This document shows positions 37,585 to 48,531 of a DNA stretch of 64,000 nucleotides, piece by piece. Under the pieces are notes generated by a model. That model saw only the letters and a program-made list of their open reading frames with translations. It ran no database searches and was not told where the DNA came from. The translations under genes were made by a program, and so were the position numbers. How positions within the stretch are numbered: position 1 is the first letter of the stretch; the number at the start of each line of letters is the position of its first letter. This DNA comes from Hadesarchaea archaeon. Its GTDB lineage: Archaea; Hadarchaeota; Hadarchaeia; Hadarchaeales; Hadarchaeaceae. The stretch is from positions 11,027 to 75,026 of the forward strand of contig JAUWBN010000001.1 in assembly GCA_030601675.1 (NCBI GenBank), written 5' to 3'.

Positions 37585-39513
37585 TCAGTCCGCTTCGGCG
37601 AACTTGAAGGGAAGAACGTAACTTCCATATTTTTCCGCAGCTTCTTGGAGCCTGCGCTTTTGCTCTCCCAGCACCTCAAACAGAACCTTCGGTGTGTTCG
37701 GAACTTCGGTCTCATAAACCCTTATTATCCTCTCGATCTTCGACAGGTTTTCGGGGATCCTCAAGGTGAATTGTTTGACGTAGTCCTCCTCGGAGTAATC
37801 CTTGTCGAGCACTTCTTTGAACAGTCTTTTGAGATCCTCTAACTTGGGGATGTAGCCCGTGGGGGTTTTCACGGCCCGCACTTCCCCATGTGAGCGTAAC
37901 TCCATCCACTTGAGCCAGACCGCTTTATCCCTCTTGTCGTTCAGGAATTTCCCCGCTTGGTCCTTGAAGAAATAGTTCACCAAGAAAATAGGGGGTGGAC
38001 TTTTCAGCTTGGCACCGAAATCGAGGTTGTTCTGGATATACTCGCCTAAAGGTATGGAGAGAAAATCCAAGTTCGACATGGGATTGAACTTCCTAACGTC
38101 CACTTCCCCTAGGGTTGCAGGGGTGGTCTCCGACTCGAGTGCCGCGCCCTTTGTTACTATGCCGTGCACCCAGTCGAAAGCCTCCTCGACTGGCGGGGAG
38201 GTGTCCGAATCCCTTCCCCCGTAAATTATGCCGCCCACCACGACCCCCTCTGGGTCATCCCATTTTGGGTCGAGATTTTTAAGGAGTCTCAAATCGATCG
38301 TGAAGCGGGCGTTTCTGTGCGAGGGCGTTATCTCGTTGCCCTCCGCATCCTTTTTCCCATGTGTCCACTCCCCCGAGTGATTGAAGCCCTTCCGGGGGAT
38401 TTTCCCATCCTTCCCGATCCAGTAAACGCTCCCGTCCTCGGTAGCGAGCACGTTCGAAAAGATGATCTCGCCGGGGCCGTTGAGCACTTCCCATAAGATC
38501 GGTTCGTTTTTGGAGTTCACGTTCTTTATTATGCCAAATATCCCCTTCTCCACATTGACCGCATGTATCCGTTCGTTTTTTCTCCTGAGATACGCTATAT
38601 CGTCCCCTACGATGGTTTCCCCTTCTACCATCGAGGTCGAGGTTTTCCCACAGAGGCTCGGAAACGCCCCGGTGAAATAGGTCACCCTGCCCTTCGGTCC
38701 GTGCACCCCCATGACGAACATGTGCTCGGTGAGCCAGCCCTCTTCGGGGGCCCGTTTTATCGCGAGCCGCATCGCCAGTTTCTTGAGCCCTATGGTGTTG
38801 CCGCCGTACTGGGTGTTAACACTGTACACGATTTCCTCTTGTGTGTCGATGTATATTCTGCGCTTATCGACATCCAAACTCACCCCCTTTTGGAGCCTCC
38901 CTTCGCTGTGCACGAACCGGAAAAAACGCCCGTAATCCCCCAACCTCTTGAACTCCTCGTACCCCTTCCGGTAAAGGAGGATCTCGTTGTGAGCCACGTA
39001 ACTGGAATCGGTGAGCTGAACGCAGGGTATCGAAAATTCGGATTTGGTCGGTCCAAGGGAGAGGAATAGCATATATAGCTTATGACCCCGCATTATGTCC
39101 TTTAGAATGCCGTGAATCTCCTTGAGCCCCGCTTCCCTCTCCATCGTGTTCAGGTGGGGGCCTAAATCAACGCCCTTGGGGACGAGGATCTTAGTATGCT
39201 TCTTATCCCTGGCCTGGTCGTGATAGCCATCGAAATGAACCGTGTGGCCATTCGTGGCGAGTCTTCTCTCCTCCCCGGCTCTTATCGCCTCCTCCCTGAT
39301 GAAGCGGATATCCTCGGGTGAATCGGTGCAGATAAACACCCCATCGGGATTACAGAGTTCCACGTAATCGGCAATGAATTGGTGAAGTTTGGGATTGTTT
39401 ATCTTGATAAGTTTCTGATAATCTTCTTTCCCTAATCTGGTCTTGAGTATACTCATAGTTTTTGGTGGAACTTTACTGCTTTTTGATATCTTCCCGAACG
39501 AGCGGATCTCCAT
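37585..39513 (-). CDS. pckG: Phosphoenolpyruvate carboxykinase (GTP)
   Basis: GTP-PEPCK pattern including the FPSLCGKTS kinase loop. Start uncertain (39567, 39513 or 39456). 39513 leaves a TATTTTAA element at about -27. Confidence 0.85.
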   Translation of the reverse strand: MEIRSFGKISKSSKVPPKTMSILKTRLGKEDYQKLIKINNPKLHQFIADYVELCNPDGVFICTDSPEDIRFIREEAIRAGEERRLATNGHTVHFDGYHDQARDKKHTKILVPKGVDLGPHLNTMEREAGLKEIHGILKDIMRGHKLYMLFLSLGPTKSEFSIPCVQLTDSSYVAHNEILLYRKGYEEFKRLGDYGRFFRFVHSEGRLQKGVSLDVDKRRIYIDTQEEIVYSVNTQYGGNTIGLKKLAMRLAIKRAPEEGWLTEHMFVMGVHGPKGRVTYFTGAFPSLCGKTSTSMVEGETIVGDDIAYLRRKNERIHAVNVEKGIFGIIKNVNSKNEPILWEVLNGPGEIIFSNVLATEDGSVYWIGKDGKIPRKGFNHSGEWTHGKKDAEGNEITPSHRNARFTIDLRLLKNLDPKWDDPEGVVVGGIIYGGRDSDTSPPVEEAFDWVHGIVTKGAALESETTPATLGEVDVRKFNPMSNLDFLSIPLGEYIQNNLDFGAKLKSPPPIFLVNYFFKDQAGKFLNDKRDKAVWLKWMELRSHGEVRAVKTPTGYIPKLEDLKRLFKEVLDKDYSEEDYVKQFTLRIPENLSKIERIIRVYETEVPNTPKVLFEVLGEQKRRLQEAAEKYGSYVLPFKFAEAD

Positions 39514-39585
39514 GTCCTCACATCCCAAAGTTAAAATAGTTAAGCTTTTAAGCATTTGTATTAACAAAATGTTAACAGCGATAAA

Positions 39586-40050
39586 ATGAGAAAACTAGAC
39601 AAAAAAATACTACTTCAACTCATTAGTAACTCCGACCAATCAATTTCAGAAATCGCAAAAAAAGTAGGTACTACGCGTCAAACTGTTGCGAAGAAAATCA
39701 AGCGGTACAAAGAGGCTGGTGTAGTGCGCTCGTTCGTGGCGAGGTTGAATCCGGAGAAATTTGGTTTTGGTACGAGAGCCTACGTCTTTCTGCGAGAAGA
39801 TCCCCGAAGTGAACTCAGACGCAAAAATGAAAAAACGATCAAAAAATTTCATCAAATATCAGGGTTCCACCGTCTCTTCGGAAAGTACAGCGCGATCCTA
39901 GAGGTTTGGACTAGAAACGGTAGGGAGCTGACTGCACTCGTCAAAAAAATTCATAAACTAAAAGGGGTAAGGGAAACGGAAACATTCATAATTCATAGCA
40001 CGGTGAAAGATCAGCCTGAGGAACCTTTTGTACAAGTTCTAAAATCCTAA
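39586..40050 (+). CDS. Lrp/AsnC family transcriptional regulator
   Basis: HTH (SISEIAKKVGTTRQTVAKKIKR) plus RAM domain. AT-rich. Divergent from pckG. Confidence 0.8.
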   Translation: MRKLDKKILLQLISNSDQSISEIAKKVGTTRQTVAKKIKRYKEAGVVRSFVARLNPEKFGFGTRAYVFLREDPRSELRRKNEKTIKKFHQISGFHRLFGKYSAILEVWTRNGRELTALVKKIHKLKGVRETETFIIHSTVKDQPEEPFVQVLKS

Positions 40051-40064
40051 ACAAATGCGCATGG

Positions 40065-41666
40065 TTAGCTCAGCCCCTTTACCATGTAGGGCCCCTCTCG
40101 CTCATAGCCGAATCGCCGGTAGTAGTTCCGTGTCCCTATACCTGAGAGCACGATGACTTTCCGCACGTCGAACTCCTCACGGGATATCCGCTCCGCCTCC
40201 TTCATTAAACGCTCACCCCAGCCTCGGTGTTGCCACTCATTCACTCCGGCCGCTTCGCCGACCTGCACGAGCGGGCCGTAGACGTGCAACTCCCGCACGA
40301 GCATCGAGCGAGCGACTTTGGCCTCGGGCCTGTGCGCCTTCGCGGAGGGCTCCCTCAACCTCAGGAGTCCGATCAGGATGTCGCGCTTCACGTCCTCAAA
40401 CGACAGGAAGAGCTCCTCACCCTCGGAGGCGCGATATCGCTCGACCACGAACTTTACGTCATCCGGGCTGGGCTCTAGCCCGAGCTTGTAGCGCACGTGC
40501 CCGACCTCACGACACCTTATGCACCGACAGCGCACGCCCTCTCTTCTCATTTTCTCCTGAATCAAAGCGCGTAGATCGCCTCGCTTGACACCCTCCGCTA
40601 TCAAATTAACCGGGATGTCTCGCTGGATGCGCTGAATTCTAACCCACCCTGGCACCCGCCGCTTCACCTCGGCGATGAGTTCTACAATTTGCTCGAAGGG
40701 ATATGGCTCGTACTCGCCCCGCAACCATAGTTCATGAAGCTTTGTGCCCGGCATGACGAGCGTCGGGTAAATCTTCAGGGCATCGGGTTTGAATCGCTCA
40801 TCCTCGAAGAGTGATTCGAACACCTCCAAGTCCCGCTTGTAGCTGGAGCCTGGCAAGTTGGGCATCACATGGTAGACCACGGCAAATCCAGCATCCCTCG
40901 CTATCCGCGTCGCCTCCGCAACATCCTCCACCGTGTGCCCCCGCTCGACGAGTTTGTAGATGTAATTGTGGGTCGTTTGTACACCAAGTTCAACTCGTGT
41001 GGCACCCAGTCTGAGCATGAGGTCAACGTGGGGTTCCCTACAATAGTCGGGGCGAGTCTCGAAGACGATATCGCTGTTGTGGATGGGTGTGGTTTCGGCG
41101 GCGCTTTGGGCCTCCTCAATCGTTCTCGCGTTTGCCCCAGAGATCGCATTCAAACACTGCACCACGAACCACTCGAGGTAATCCTGCGGGTAAGCGGTGA
41201 GGGTACCACCGAAAATTATCAGCTCAACCTTATCGACCTCATGCCCTATCGCGCGGAGTTGCTCGATTCGGCTTTTCACCTGCCTGTAGGGATTGTAATT
41301 GTGTTGAATTGCCCTCATCGCAGCAGGTTCATGACCGGTGTAGGACTGGGGCGTACCGGCTGTTGGACCTCCCGGGCAGTAGATACACGGCTCTTCCTTC
41401 GGGCAGGGGTAGGGCTTGGGCATCACCGTGATGACTGAGACACCTGAGATTGATCGCACGGGCTTCAGCCTGAGCAGCTGAACGACTTTATCCTTTTCCT
41501 CGGCTGTCGCGGCTGCTAGAAGCTCCGAATTGCTGAGCGGCCTCGATAGCTCAAACTCACGACAGGCTTGGATTTTAGCCCTGGCCAGCCCTCGGGTATC
41601 GACGATCTTGCCGCGCGAAATTTTTTGTAAGATATCATGACAAGCAGCCGACTGAACATCCACCAT
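40065..41666 (-). CDS. elp3: Elp3 homolog (radical-SAM + GNAT tRNA uridine-34 acetyltransferase family)
   Basis: Radical-SAM Cys cluster region and a C-terminal GNAT domain (GWGERLMKEAE). Confidence 0.85.
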   Translation of the reverse strand: MVDVQSAACHDILQKISRGKIVDTRGLARAKIQACREFELSRPLSNSELLAAATAEEKDKVVQLLRLKPVRSISGVSVITVMPKPYPCPKEEPCIYCPGGPTAGTPQSYTGHEPAAMRAIQHNYNPYRQVKSRIEQLRAIGHEVDKVELIIFGGTLTAYPQDYLEWFVVQCLNAISGANARTIEEAQSAAETTPIHNSDIVFETRPDYCREPHVDLMLRLGATRVELGVQTTHNYIYKLVERGHTVEDVAEATRIARDAGFAVVYHVMPNLPGSSYKRDLEVFESLFEDERFKPDALKIYPTLVMPGTKLHELWLRGEYEPYPFEQIVELIAEVKRRVPGWVRIQRIQRDIPVNLIAEGVKRGDLRALIQEKMRREGVRCRCIRCREVGHVRYKLGLEPSPDDVKFVVERYRASEGEELFLSFEDVKRDILIGLLRLREPSAKAHRPEAKVARSMLVRELHVYGPLVQVGEAAGVNEWQHRGWGERLMKEAERISREEFDVRKVIVLSGIGTRNYYRRFGYEREGPYMVKGLS

Positions 41667-41718
41667 GTTTTCCCCTAAGTTAATTTGTGTTTAAGGTTAT
41701 TTTCTTAGTGGTGTGTGA

Positions 41719-43905
41719 GTGAAGGTCGAAGAGCTGTGTGAGAAGTACGGGCTGCCGAAGCAAGTCGCTACAACGCTGGAAAAATCGGGCATAACCACAC
41801 TTTACCCACCCCAAGTGGATGCGGTGAAAAAAGGTGCCCTCGATGGGAAAAATCTCGTGTTGGCAATCCCGACCGCGAGCGGCAAGACGCTCGTCGCCGA
41901 GTTCTGCATGCTCAAATCCGTGCTCGAGCGAGGAGGTAAATGCCTTTACATCGTCCCGCTTCGAGCGCTGGCGAGTGAGAAGTATGAGGAGTTCAGGGAG
42001 AAGTACGGGCCGCTTGGGGTGAAAGTTGGGATAAGTACCGGCGATTTCGATGTCGCTGACCCGAGGCTCGCTCGCTACGACATCCTCATCGCGACCTCCG
42101 AGAAAGTCGACTCCCTGCTCCGCCACCGCGCAAAATGGCTCGCCGACATCATCTCGGTTGTGGTGCTCGACGAAATCCACCTAATCGATGACCCCGGACG
42201 CGGGCCTACGCTCGAAGTTTTGACTGCCAGGCTCCGACAGGTCAACCCCGAGCTCCAGACACTCGCGCTCAGCGCAACCATAAAAAACGCGGATGAGATG
42301 GCAGAGTGGCTCGACGCGGAACTCGTCAAAAGCGAATGGCGTCCCGTCCCCCTGAAGAAGGGGGTGTACTATAGAGAAAAGATAAAGTTCGACGACGGGA
42401 GCAAGCGGGCGGTGGAAGTTGGAACCAAGGATGAGCTCGCGGCGCTCGCCATCGACACCGTGCGGGAGGGCGGGCAGGCGCTCGTTTTCGTCGGCACCCG
42501 CCGTTCGGCCCAAGCTGCGGCCGTGCTTGCAGCGAAACACGTGCGCGAGTTTCTTTCGGCCGAGGAACGGGAGGGGCTCGATATCGTTGGGAATAAGGTT
42601 GAAAAGGCGCTCGGGGAATCCACGCGAACATGCCGTCAACTAGCTGAATGCGTTAGACAGGGGGCGGCATTTCACCACGCCGGGCTCCACTACGCCCAGC
42701 GAAAAGCCGTCGAAGACGCGTTCAGGGGAAATTTAATAAAAGTGATATGTGCAACCCCGACGCTGGCCGCGGGTGTCAATCTTCCCTCGCGGCGGGCGAT
42801 CATCCGCGACTACCGCCGTTACGTAGAACCTTATGGGCTCCAGCTCATCCCCGTGCTAGAATTTCATCAAATGGCGGGAAGGGCAGGACGGCCGCAATAC
42901 GATAAATATGGCGAGGCCGTGCTTATCGCCAAGGGGAGGGGCGAGGTGGAAGCGCTGTTCGAGGAGTTCATTCGTGCCGAGCCCGAGCGGATAACCTCGA
43001 AGCTCGCGACCGAACCGGCTCTCCGAACCCACGTGCTCGCCTCGATCGCCGCAGGGTACGTTAGCGATGCCGATGGGATGATGGAGTTCATGGGGCAGAC
43101 CTTCTTCGCCCATCAATATGCTGTTAGCGATGTCGAGCGAGTCGTCGAGCGAGTGTTGGATTTCCTCGAGCGGGAGGGGATGATCCGCAGACAGGAAAAG
43201 CTGTTGCTCGCGACCCCCTTCGGAGAGCGCGTTTCCCGCCTCTACATCGATCCCCTATCGGCGGTCATCCTGCGCGACGGGATCAAGGGAATCGCCGCTC
43301 GAGAGCCGACAGCCCTCAGCCTACTCCACCTCGTCTGCCACACCCCTGACATGGGGCGGCTCTACCTGAGGCGGCACGATTACCCCGACCTCGAGACTTT
43401 CCTGATAGAGCATGCCGATGAACTCTTGACACCTATCCCAGACCAGCACGGCGAGCCCGACCGATACGAGTTCTTCCTCGCGGAGGTGAAGACGGCACAG
43501 ATGCTCCAAGCTTGGCTCGAGGAGGTGCGCGAGGACGACATCCACGAGCAGTTCGGCGTTGGGGCTGGAGACATCCGAAGGAACGTGGATACGGCTAGAT
43601 GGTTGCTCTACGCTGCCCACGATCTCGCAAGGCTCTTCAAAGCCAAACCCGCGCTCACCCCGCTCCGAAAGCTACGCGGGCGGATTCGCTACGGCGTCAA
43701 GGATGAACTGCTCGAGCTCGTGCAACTCGGGGGAATTGGGCGCGTGCGAGCGCGAAGCTTATTCAGGGCTGGGTATCAAAAGCTCGCGGACATCAAGCGG
43801 GCGGATGAAAAGGAGCTAGCGCGGGTGCCCTACATCGGCGCTGAGATCGCGCGAAACATCAAGCGGCAGGTCGAAGGGGGCGGCGAGTTAGCGACCGAGA
43901 TATAA
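41719..43905 (+). CDS. hel308: Hel308/Hjm Ski2-like DNA helicase
   Basis: PTASGKT Walker A, DEIH box and a C-terminal helix-hairpin-helix region. 728 aa. Confidence 0.85.
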   Translation: MKVEELCEKYGLPKQVATTLEKSGITTLYPPQVDAVKKGALDGKNLVLAIPTASGKTLVAEFCMLKSVLERGGKCLYIVPLRALASEKYEEFREKYGPLGVKVGISTGDFDVADPRLARYDILIATSEKVDSLLRHRAKWLADIISVVVLDEIHLIDDPGRGPTLEVLTARLRQVNPELQTLALSATIKNADEMAEWLDAELVKSEWRPVPLKKGVYYREKIKFDDGSKRAVEVGTKDELAALAIDTVREGGQALVFVGTRRSAQAAAVLAAKHVREFLSAEEREGLDIVGNKVEKALGESTRTCRQLAECVRQGAAFHHAGLHYAQRKAVEDAFRGNLIKVICATPTLAAGVNLPSRRAIIRDYRRYVEPYGLQLIPVLEFHQMAGRAGRPQYDKYGEAVLIAKGRGEVEALFEEFIRAEPERITSKLATEPALRTHVLASIAAGYVSDADGMMEFMGQTFFAHQYAVSDVERVVERVLDFLEREGMIRRQEKLLLATPFGERVSRLYIDPLSAVILRDGIKGIAAREPTALSLLHLVCHTPDMGRLYLRRHDYPDLETFLIEHADELLTPIPDQHGEPDRYEFFLAEVKTAQMLQAWLEEVREDDIHEQFGVGAGDIRRNVDTARWLLYAAHDLARLFKAKPALTPLRKLRGRIRYGVKDELLELVQLGGIGRVRARSLFRAGYQKLADIKRADEKELARVPYIGAEIARNIKRQVEGGGELATEI

Positions 43906-43986
43906 ATGCGCTGAGTTTGAGAGGAGATTCAAATTACTCAATCAACCGCAAAGCTTTATTGCGCGCCAAAACTTGTCGATTAGGGG

Positions 43987-45342
43987 TTGAGGTTGCCCGT
44001 CCACCCAATCGAGGAGCGCTACGGTAGCCGCGAGATGCGCTCGATCTTTGAGCTCGAAGCCCGTTTTCAGCGGATGCTCGATGTCGAGGCGGTTCTCGCA
44101 AAAGCCCTCGCAAACGTGGGTATGATCCCAAATGCGGATGCGAGCAAAATTGCCCGAAGCGCATCAATCAAGCGCGTGGGGGTCGCACGGATTCGAGAAC
44201 TCGAGCGAGAGGTCCAACACGAGACGATGGCCCTCGTTCTGGCATTGGCCAAGATATCGGGCAAAGCTGGGCGATATGTGCACTTCGGCGCCACCAGCAA
44301 TGACATCCACGACACCGCCACAGCTCTGCAAATCCGCGATGGTTTGACGATAGTTGAACGTGACCTTCGAAAGCTGCTCGGGATAGTCCTCAAGCAGGCC
44401 GCCAAGTACAAAAACACGATCATGGTCGGGCGAACCCACGGGCAACACGCTGTGCCCACGACGCTTGGGCTGAAGTTCGCGATCTGGGCGTGCGAGCTCG
44501 GGCGGCACCTGGAACGACTCGAGCAAATCAAACCCCGTGTAATCGTCGGAAAAATGAGCGGGGCGGTCGGGGCCGGGGCCGCTTGGGGGGGCAAAGGTCC
44601 AAAAGTTCAAGAGCTAGTGATGCGGGAACTCAAGTTACCAGCTGCCACAGCCTCCAACCAAATCCTTCAGCGCGATCGCTTCGCCGAGCTTGTTTCATTT
44701 TTTGGGTTGCTCGGGAGCACCCTAGACAAAATCGCCCGCGAGATTCGAAACCTCCAGCGCACCGAGATCGGTGAGCTCGCGGAAGCATTTGCCGCACGAC
44801 AGATAGGGAGCAGCACCATGCCTCACAAGCGCAACCCAATCCGATGCGAGAAAATATGTGGGCTCGCTAGGGTGTTGCGTGCGAACGTGCAGGCTGGGCT
44901 CGAAAACATCGTCATCGAACACGAGCGGGACCTGACAAACTCTTCATGCGAACGTGTGCTTTTGCCCGAGTGCTTCCTACTGGCCGACGAAATGCTAAAG
45001 ACATCCCTCTACGTGCTCGACAACCTCCTTGTGTTCCCAAAACAAATGAAGCGCAATCTCGAACTGACCCGCGGGCTGAACATGGCCGAGGCGGTGATGA
45101 TCGAGCTCACCCGGCGAGGGATGAACCGTCAGGAAGCCCACGCCCTGCTGAGGAGGTGCAGCTCGACCTCGGTGCGCAACAACGTCCCGTTGGCCGCGGT
45201 GCTGTGCCGAGAGCGTAGGGTGACGCGATACATCCCGGAACGGGAAATTGAAAAACTAGTAGACCCGCGGAAATATCTCGGGAGCGCCACCGCAACCGTC
45301 GAGCGCGTGGTCAAGGAGCTCAGGCCCCTCGCAAGGAAGTAG
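43987..45342 (+). CDS. purB: Adenylosuccinate lyase
   Basis: Fumarate-lyase family signature (GSSTMPHKRNP). TTG start giving HPIEERYGSREMR. Confidence 0.85.
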   Translation: MRLPVHPIEERYGSREMRSIFELEARFQRMLDVEAVLAKALANVGMIPNADASKIARSASIKRVGVARIRELEREVQHETMALVLALAKISGKAGRYVHFGATSNDIHDTATALQIRDGLTIVERDLRKLLGIVLKQAAKYKNTIMVGRTHGQHAVPTTLGLKFAIWACELGRHLERLEQIKPRVIVGKMSGAVGAGAAWGGKGPKVQELVMRELKLPAATASNQILQRDRFAELVSFFGLLGSTLDKIAREIRNLQRTEIGELAEAFAARQIGSSTMPHKRNPIRCEKICGLARVLRANVQAGLENIVIEHERDLTNSSCERVLLPECFLLADEMLKTSLYVLDNLLVFPKQMKRNLELTRGLNMAEAVMIELTRRGMNRQEAHALLRRCSSTSVRNNVPLAAVLCRERRVTRYIPEREIEKLVDPRKYLGSATATVERVVKELRPLARK

Positions 45343-45347
45343 GGGGC

Positions 45348-45881
45348 TCAACCGGCTCTTTTTATCGTCAGTTTTCTGAGCGCGAACCGGACAAATTTGC
45401 TGAGATCCTCGAGCACATCGGGGGGCAATGGTCCTTTCCCGATGCCATACTCGTCCAGATAGAGAACTCTCTTACCCTTCCTGCCGAAGTTTGATGGCTT
45501 TATATCGAGTACGTAACCTTTCTCACTTGCCTTTCCTATCAAGCTGAAGATCGCCCTCAGCGTCCGAATCGAATAGACGGGGAGGGGTCCCACGCACTCG
45601 TGGAAAGTGATTATCACCCGAGAGGGGGCGCTGCCATCCCTGACCTCGGCCAAAATCGTCCCGTAATATGCCGGCAGAAAGGTCAGCTCCCGCCTGATCT
45701 TCCGTTGGTGGGAATCCATCGCCGCCGCCCTTCTTTGCAGCTCCTCAATCCCCTTGCCACGGCCTTTCTCAATTTTAAGCGCAAGATTTCTAACTTTAAA
45801 CACCTGCCTGTAAATGCCCTTTCCAACCAATTTTGGCCTACCCCTAACACAACTCACTCGCATGGGTGCACCCGTCAACAA
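45348..45881 (-). CDS. Small protein-kinase-like protein (minimal Bud32/RIO-like catalytic core)
   Basis: Gly-rich loop VGKGIYRQVFKV, Lys in ALKI, catalytic-loop-like LDIKPSNF and DFG-like LDEYG. 177 aa. Confidence 0.35.
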   Translation of the reverse strand: MLTGAPMRVSCVRGRPKLVGKGIYRQVFKVRNLALKIEKGRGKGIEELQRRAAAMDSHQRKIRRELTFLPAYYGTILAEVRDGSAPSRVIITFHECVGPLPVYSIRTLRAIFSLIGKASEKGYVLDIKPSNFGRKGKRVLYLDEYGIGKGPLPPDVLEDLSKFVRFALRKLTIKRAG

Positions 45882-46128
45882 ACATTATTAACCCAATGCC
45901 TTAAAATCGGATAGCGCTCCAAGGCTATGGGGACCGAGCGAGGTGAAGGAATTGTTGAAGAATGAGGCTGGAGTCGAGCCGACCGTAATGAAACCGAGGG
46001 CGCTGGGCTCGGCTTGGGCGCGGAGAGGCAATTCGTCAGGGCGGGTGAGGTGCGTTTGACCATGGCCGGCGGGGGGAACATTGCTGTGTCCGTGACCGTG
46101 AGGATTTTCGAGATCGCTGAAACCTAAG

Positions 46129-48531
46129 TCAATCAAATCTCTCGGGCACCGTTACCCGCTGGGCCCTCGTCGGCTCATCCACGCCTTTGTTCCGGGAGAA
46201 ACGATAGAGGTAACCGCTCACCGCTTCCTCCAGCCGCTGCTCGTGAGTTATGAGTATGATCTGCTGCACGACCTCGGGCAGGCGCTCCCTCAGGACCCGA
46301 GCGAGCTCTCGGATGCCCTCCTCATCGAGGTTGTGGGTCGGCTCATCGAGCACGATCCAGCTGAGCGAGGGCGTAAGCACAATCGCGAACGCTATCCGGA
46401 GCGCCAAGCAGGCATCGGTGCGCTCGCCCCCGCTCGCGACCCCCTCGACCGGGACCCAATTCCCCCCGCGATCCCTGAGCTGCAGCACGTAATCGCCTCC
46501 CCGTTCACCTCCCTCGACGGCGAGCTTGATGCTCGTGAAATCCCCATATGGATAGACGCTCTCCCAGAGCTCGCTCATCGCCTCGTTGACCCCATCGATG
46601 AATTCCCTGCGCATTGCCGTCTGGGTTCGCGCGAGCGCGGCCTGGATCGTGGTCAGGGCCCTCACCGCATCCTCCATGTGCTTTATCTCTGTCTCACATC
46701 GCGTGATCATCTCTCGCTTTTCCCTGATGCTCTCGATGAGCTTTCGTTTCTCCGAGATAAGCTGCTCCTTCCCGACGAGCTCGGTGCGCAAGTGCTCGTG
46801 GGTGCGGATGAGCTCCTCGTGGCGCTTCTCGAGCTCCTTCGCCCGTGCCTCATCGTAGGTGCTCTTCACCTGCCGCAGCTCGTGCTGCACGCGCAATCGC
46901 TCGGCGAGCTTCTGCTTGTGCTCGAGCTCGAGCTGGTCCAAGTCGAGCCGCAGTTGGAGCGATTGCTTGGCCGCGGTGAGCTGCTCGCGGAGCGCTTCCG
47001 CTTCCCTGCGTGCCCCCTCGACCTCAGCCGTGAGTTTCCTTGTTGCCTCCCGCACGCTCGGAAGTTCCCGTTCTGAATTCTGAAGTTGTTGAAGGAGCTG
47101 AGAGCGCTCGGCCTCTCGCACGGGAAGCTCCTCGATTTCCTTCGCCAGTAACTGGGCTTTCCTCCGGAGTTCGAGCTTCTCATTCAAATTTTCATTTAAT
47201 TCTTTCACGCGCGCCTCGAGCTCGACCACGCGTTTGAGTTTCGCCTCGAGCTGGCCTCTGCGCTCCTCCAACAATTGCTGCTTTTTACCCTCCTCAAGTG
47301 GGCTTTCACAGACCGGACACGTTGAGCCGGCCGCTGCAAGCTCATCCATCGTCTGCCGAAGATCCTGCGCTCGGGCATGAGAAGCTGCAAGTTCATCGCC
47401 GACGCTCCTAGACTCAAGCTGCAGTCTCTCAATCAGCTTCACCAGTTCCTGTGGCCTCAGTTTTTCCAGTTCCTCGCTTAACTTGCCTTTCCGCTCTATC
47501 TCGCTCACGAGCCTTTCCAAGCGTTCGCGAATCATTCCTATCCTAGTTTCCAATTCCCGCACCCTCGAACTGCTAGTAGTTAAATTGGAGTTGAGCTCGC
47601 TCACCCGGGCTTCGGCCTCGCGGCGGGCCCGCTCGAGATTCCCCACCCGTCGTTTGAGTTCTTCGTGAGCAATCCCGACCGCAGCTCCGAGCCTCTCTTT
47701 AATCTGCTCGAGTTGACGGTCCAACGCGTTTATCGCCCCCTCAAGTTCACGGGATGAGCTATCCAATCGCGCGAGTTCCTGTTCGGTCTTGCGCAACTGC
47801 TGAAGTTGGGAGGAGGCTGCCTCCAGCTCCGGCTGAATTTGCTGAAGCCTCATCTGGGTCTCCTGCTTCGAGAGTTCCATATCCCTCATCTCCTGCTCGT
47901 AGGTCGGCAAGAGGGCCAGCGAAACATCCTGTCCGAGCTGTCGCAGGGTTCCCTTTCGTTCCTCCACGCGGTCCTTGACACGGTTCGCAAGCGAGCCGAT
48001 TTCTTTGCGCGCCAGTTCGAGCTTGTTTATACCCAAGAGCTCATCGATACTCTCCATCCGTTTGCCGCGCGGTAGGGTCAAGAAATAATCCAAACGGTTT
48101 TGTTCCGAGTAAATCGCTCGCTCGAAGAGATCGTAATCGAGTTTGAGGAGGGAGCGGATGACCTCGCTCACGCGCGTTGAGCTTGGGCTCTCGACCAACT
48201 CGCCGGTGCCCTTTCGGAGCTCCGAAAGCGTCGTCCCCTTGCCCCGCTCGATAACACGTTTGACCATAAATTCGTCGCCGTCGGGGGTGAGGAAGCCGAC
48301 CTCGACCTCCGCTCGATCCATCGGGTCGGGTCTGTTCCTGATGAGGTCCTCGAGCTTGATGCGTCTGGTCTGCACCGCCGGCAGGACCCCGAAAAGAGCA
48401 TAGGTTATCGCGTCCAGCACGGCACTCTTCCCCGCGCCCATCGTCCCCACGAGGACATTCGTGCCATCACCGAAACGCAGGTCGGTGTTGAGGTGTGATT
48501 TCCAATTTTTTAATTTAACTTGGGTTATCAT
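46129..48531 (-). CDS. rad50: DNA double-strand break repair Rad50 ATPase
   Basis: N-terminal Walker A GTMGAGKS, long coiled coils with CPVC zinc hook, C-terminal signature and Walker B (VLDEPT). Confidence 0.9.
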   Translation of the reverse strand: MITQVKLKNWKSHLNTDLRFGDGTNVLVGTMGAGKSAVLDAITYALFGVLPAVQTRRIKLEDLIRNRPDPMDRAEVEVGFLTPDGDEFMVKRVIERGKGTTLSELRKGTGELVESPSSTRVSEVIRSLLKLDYDLFERAIYSEQNRLDYFLTLPRGKRMESIDELLGINKLELARKEIGSLANRVKDRVEERKGTLRQLGQDVSLALLPTYEQEMRDMELSKQETQMRLQQIQPELEAASSQLQQLRKTEQELARLDSSSRELEGAINALDRQLEQIKERLGAAVGIAHEELKRRVGNLERARREAEARVSELNSNLTTSSSRVRELETRIGMIRERLERLVSEIERKGKLSEELEKLRPQELVKLIERLQLESRSVGDELAASHARAQDLRQTMDELAAAGSTCPVCESPLEEGKKQQLLEERRGQLEAKLKRVVELEARVKELNENLNEKLELRRKAQLLAKEIEELPVREAERSQLLQQLQNSERELPSVREATRKLTAEVEGARREAEALREQLTAAKQSLQLRLDLDQLELEHKQKLAERLRVQHELRQVKSTYDEARAKELEKRHEELIRTHEHLRTELVGKEQLISEKRKLIESIREKREMITRCETEIKHMEDAVRALTTIQAALARTQTAMRREFIDGVNEAMSELWESVYPYGDFTSIKLAVEGGERGGDYVLQLRDRGGNWVPVEGVASGGERTDACLALRIAFAIVLTPSLSWIVLDEPTHNLDEEGIRELARVLRERLPEVVQQIILITHEQRLEEAVSGYLYRFSRNKGVDEPTRAQRVTVPERFD

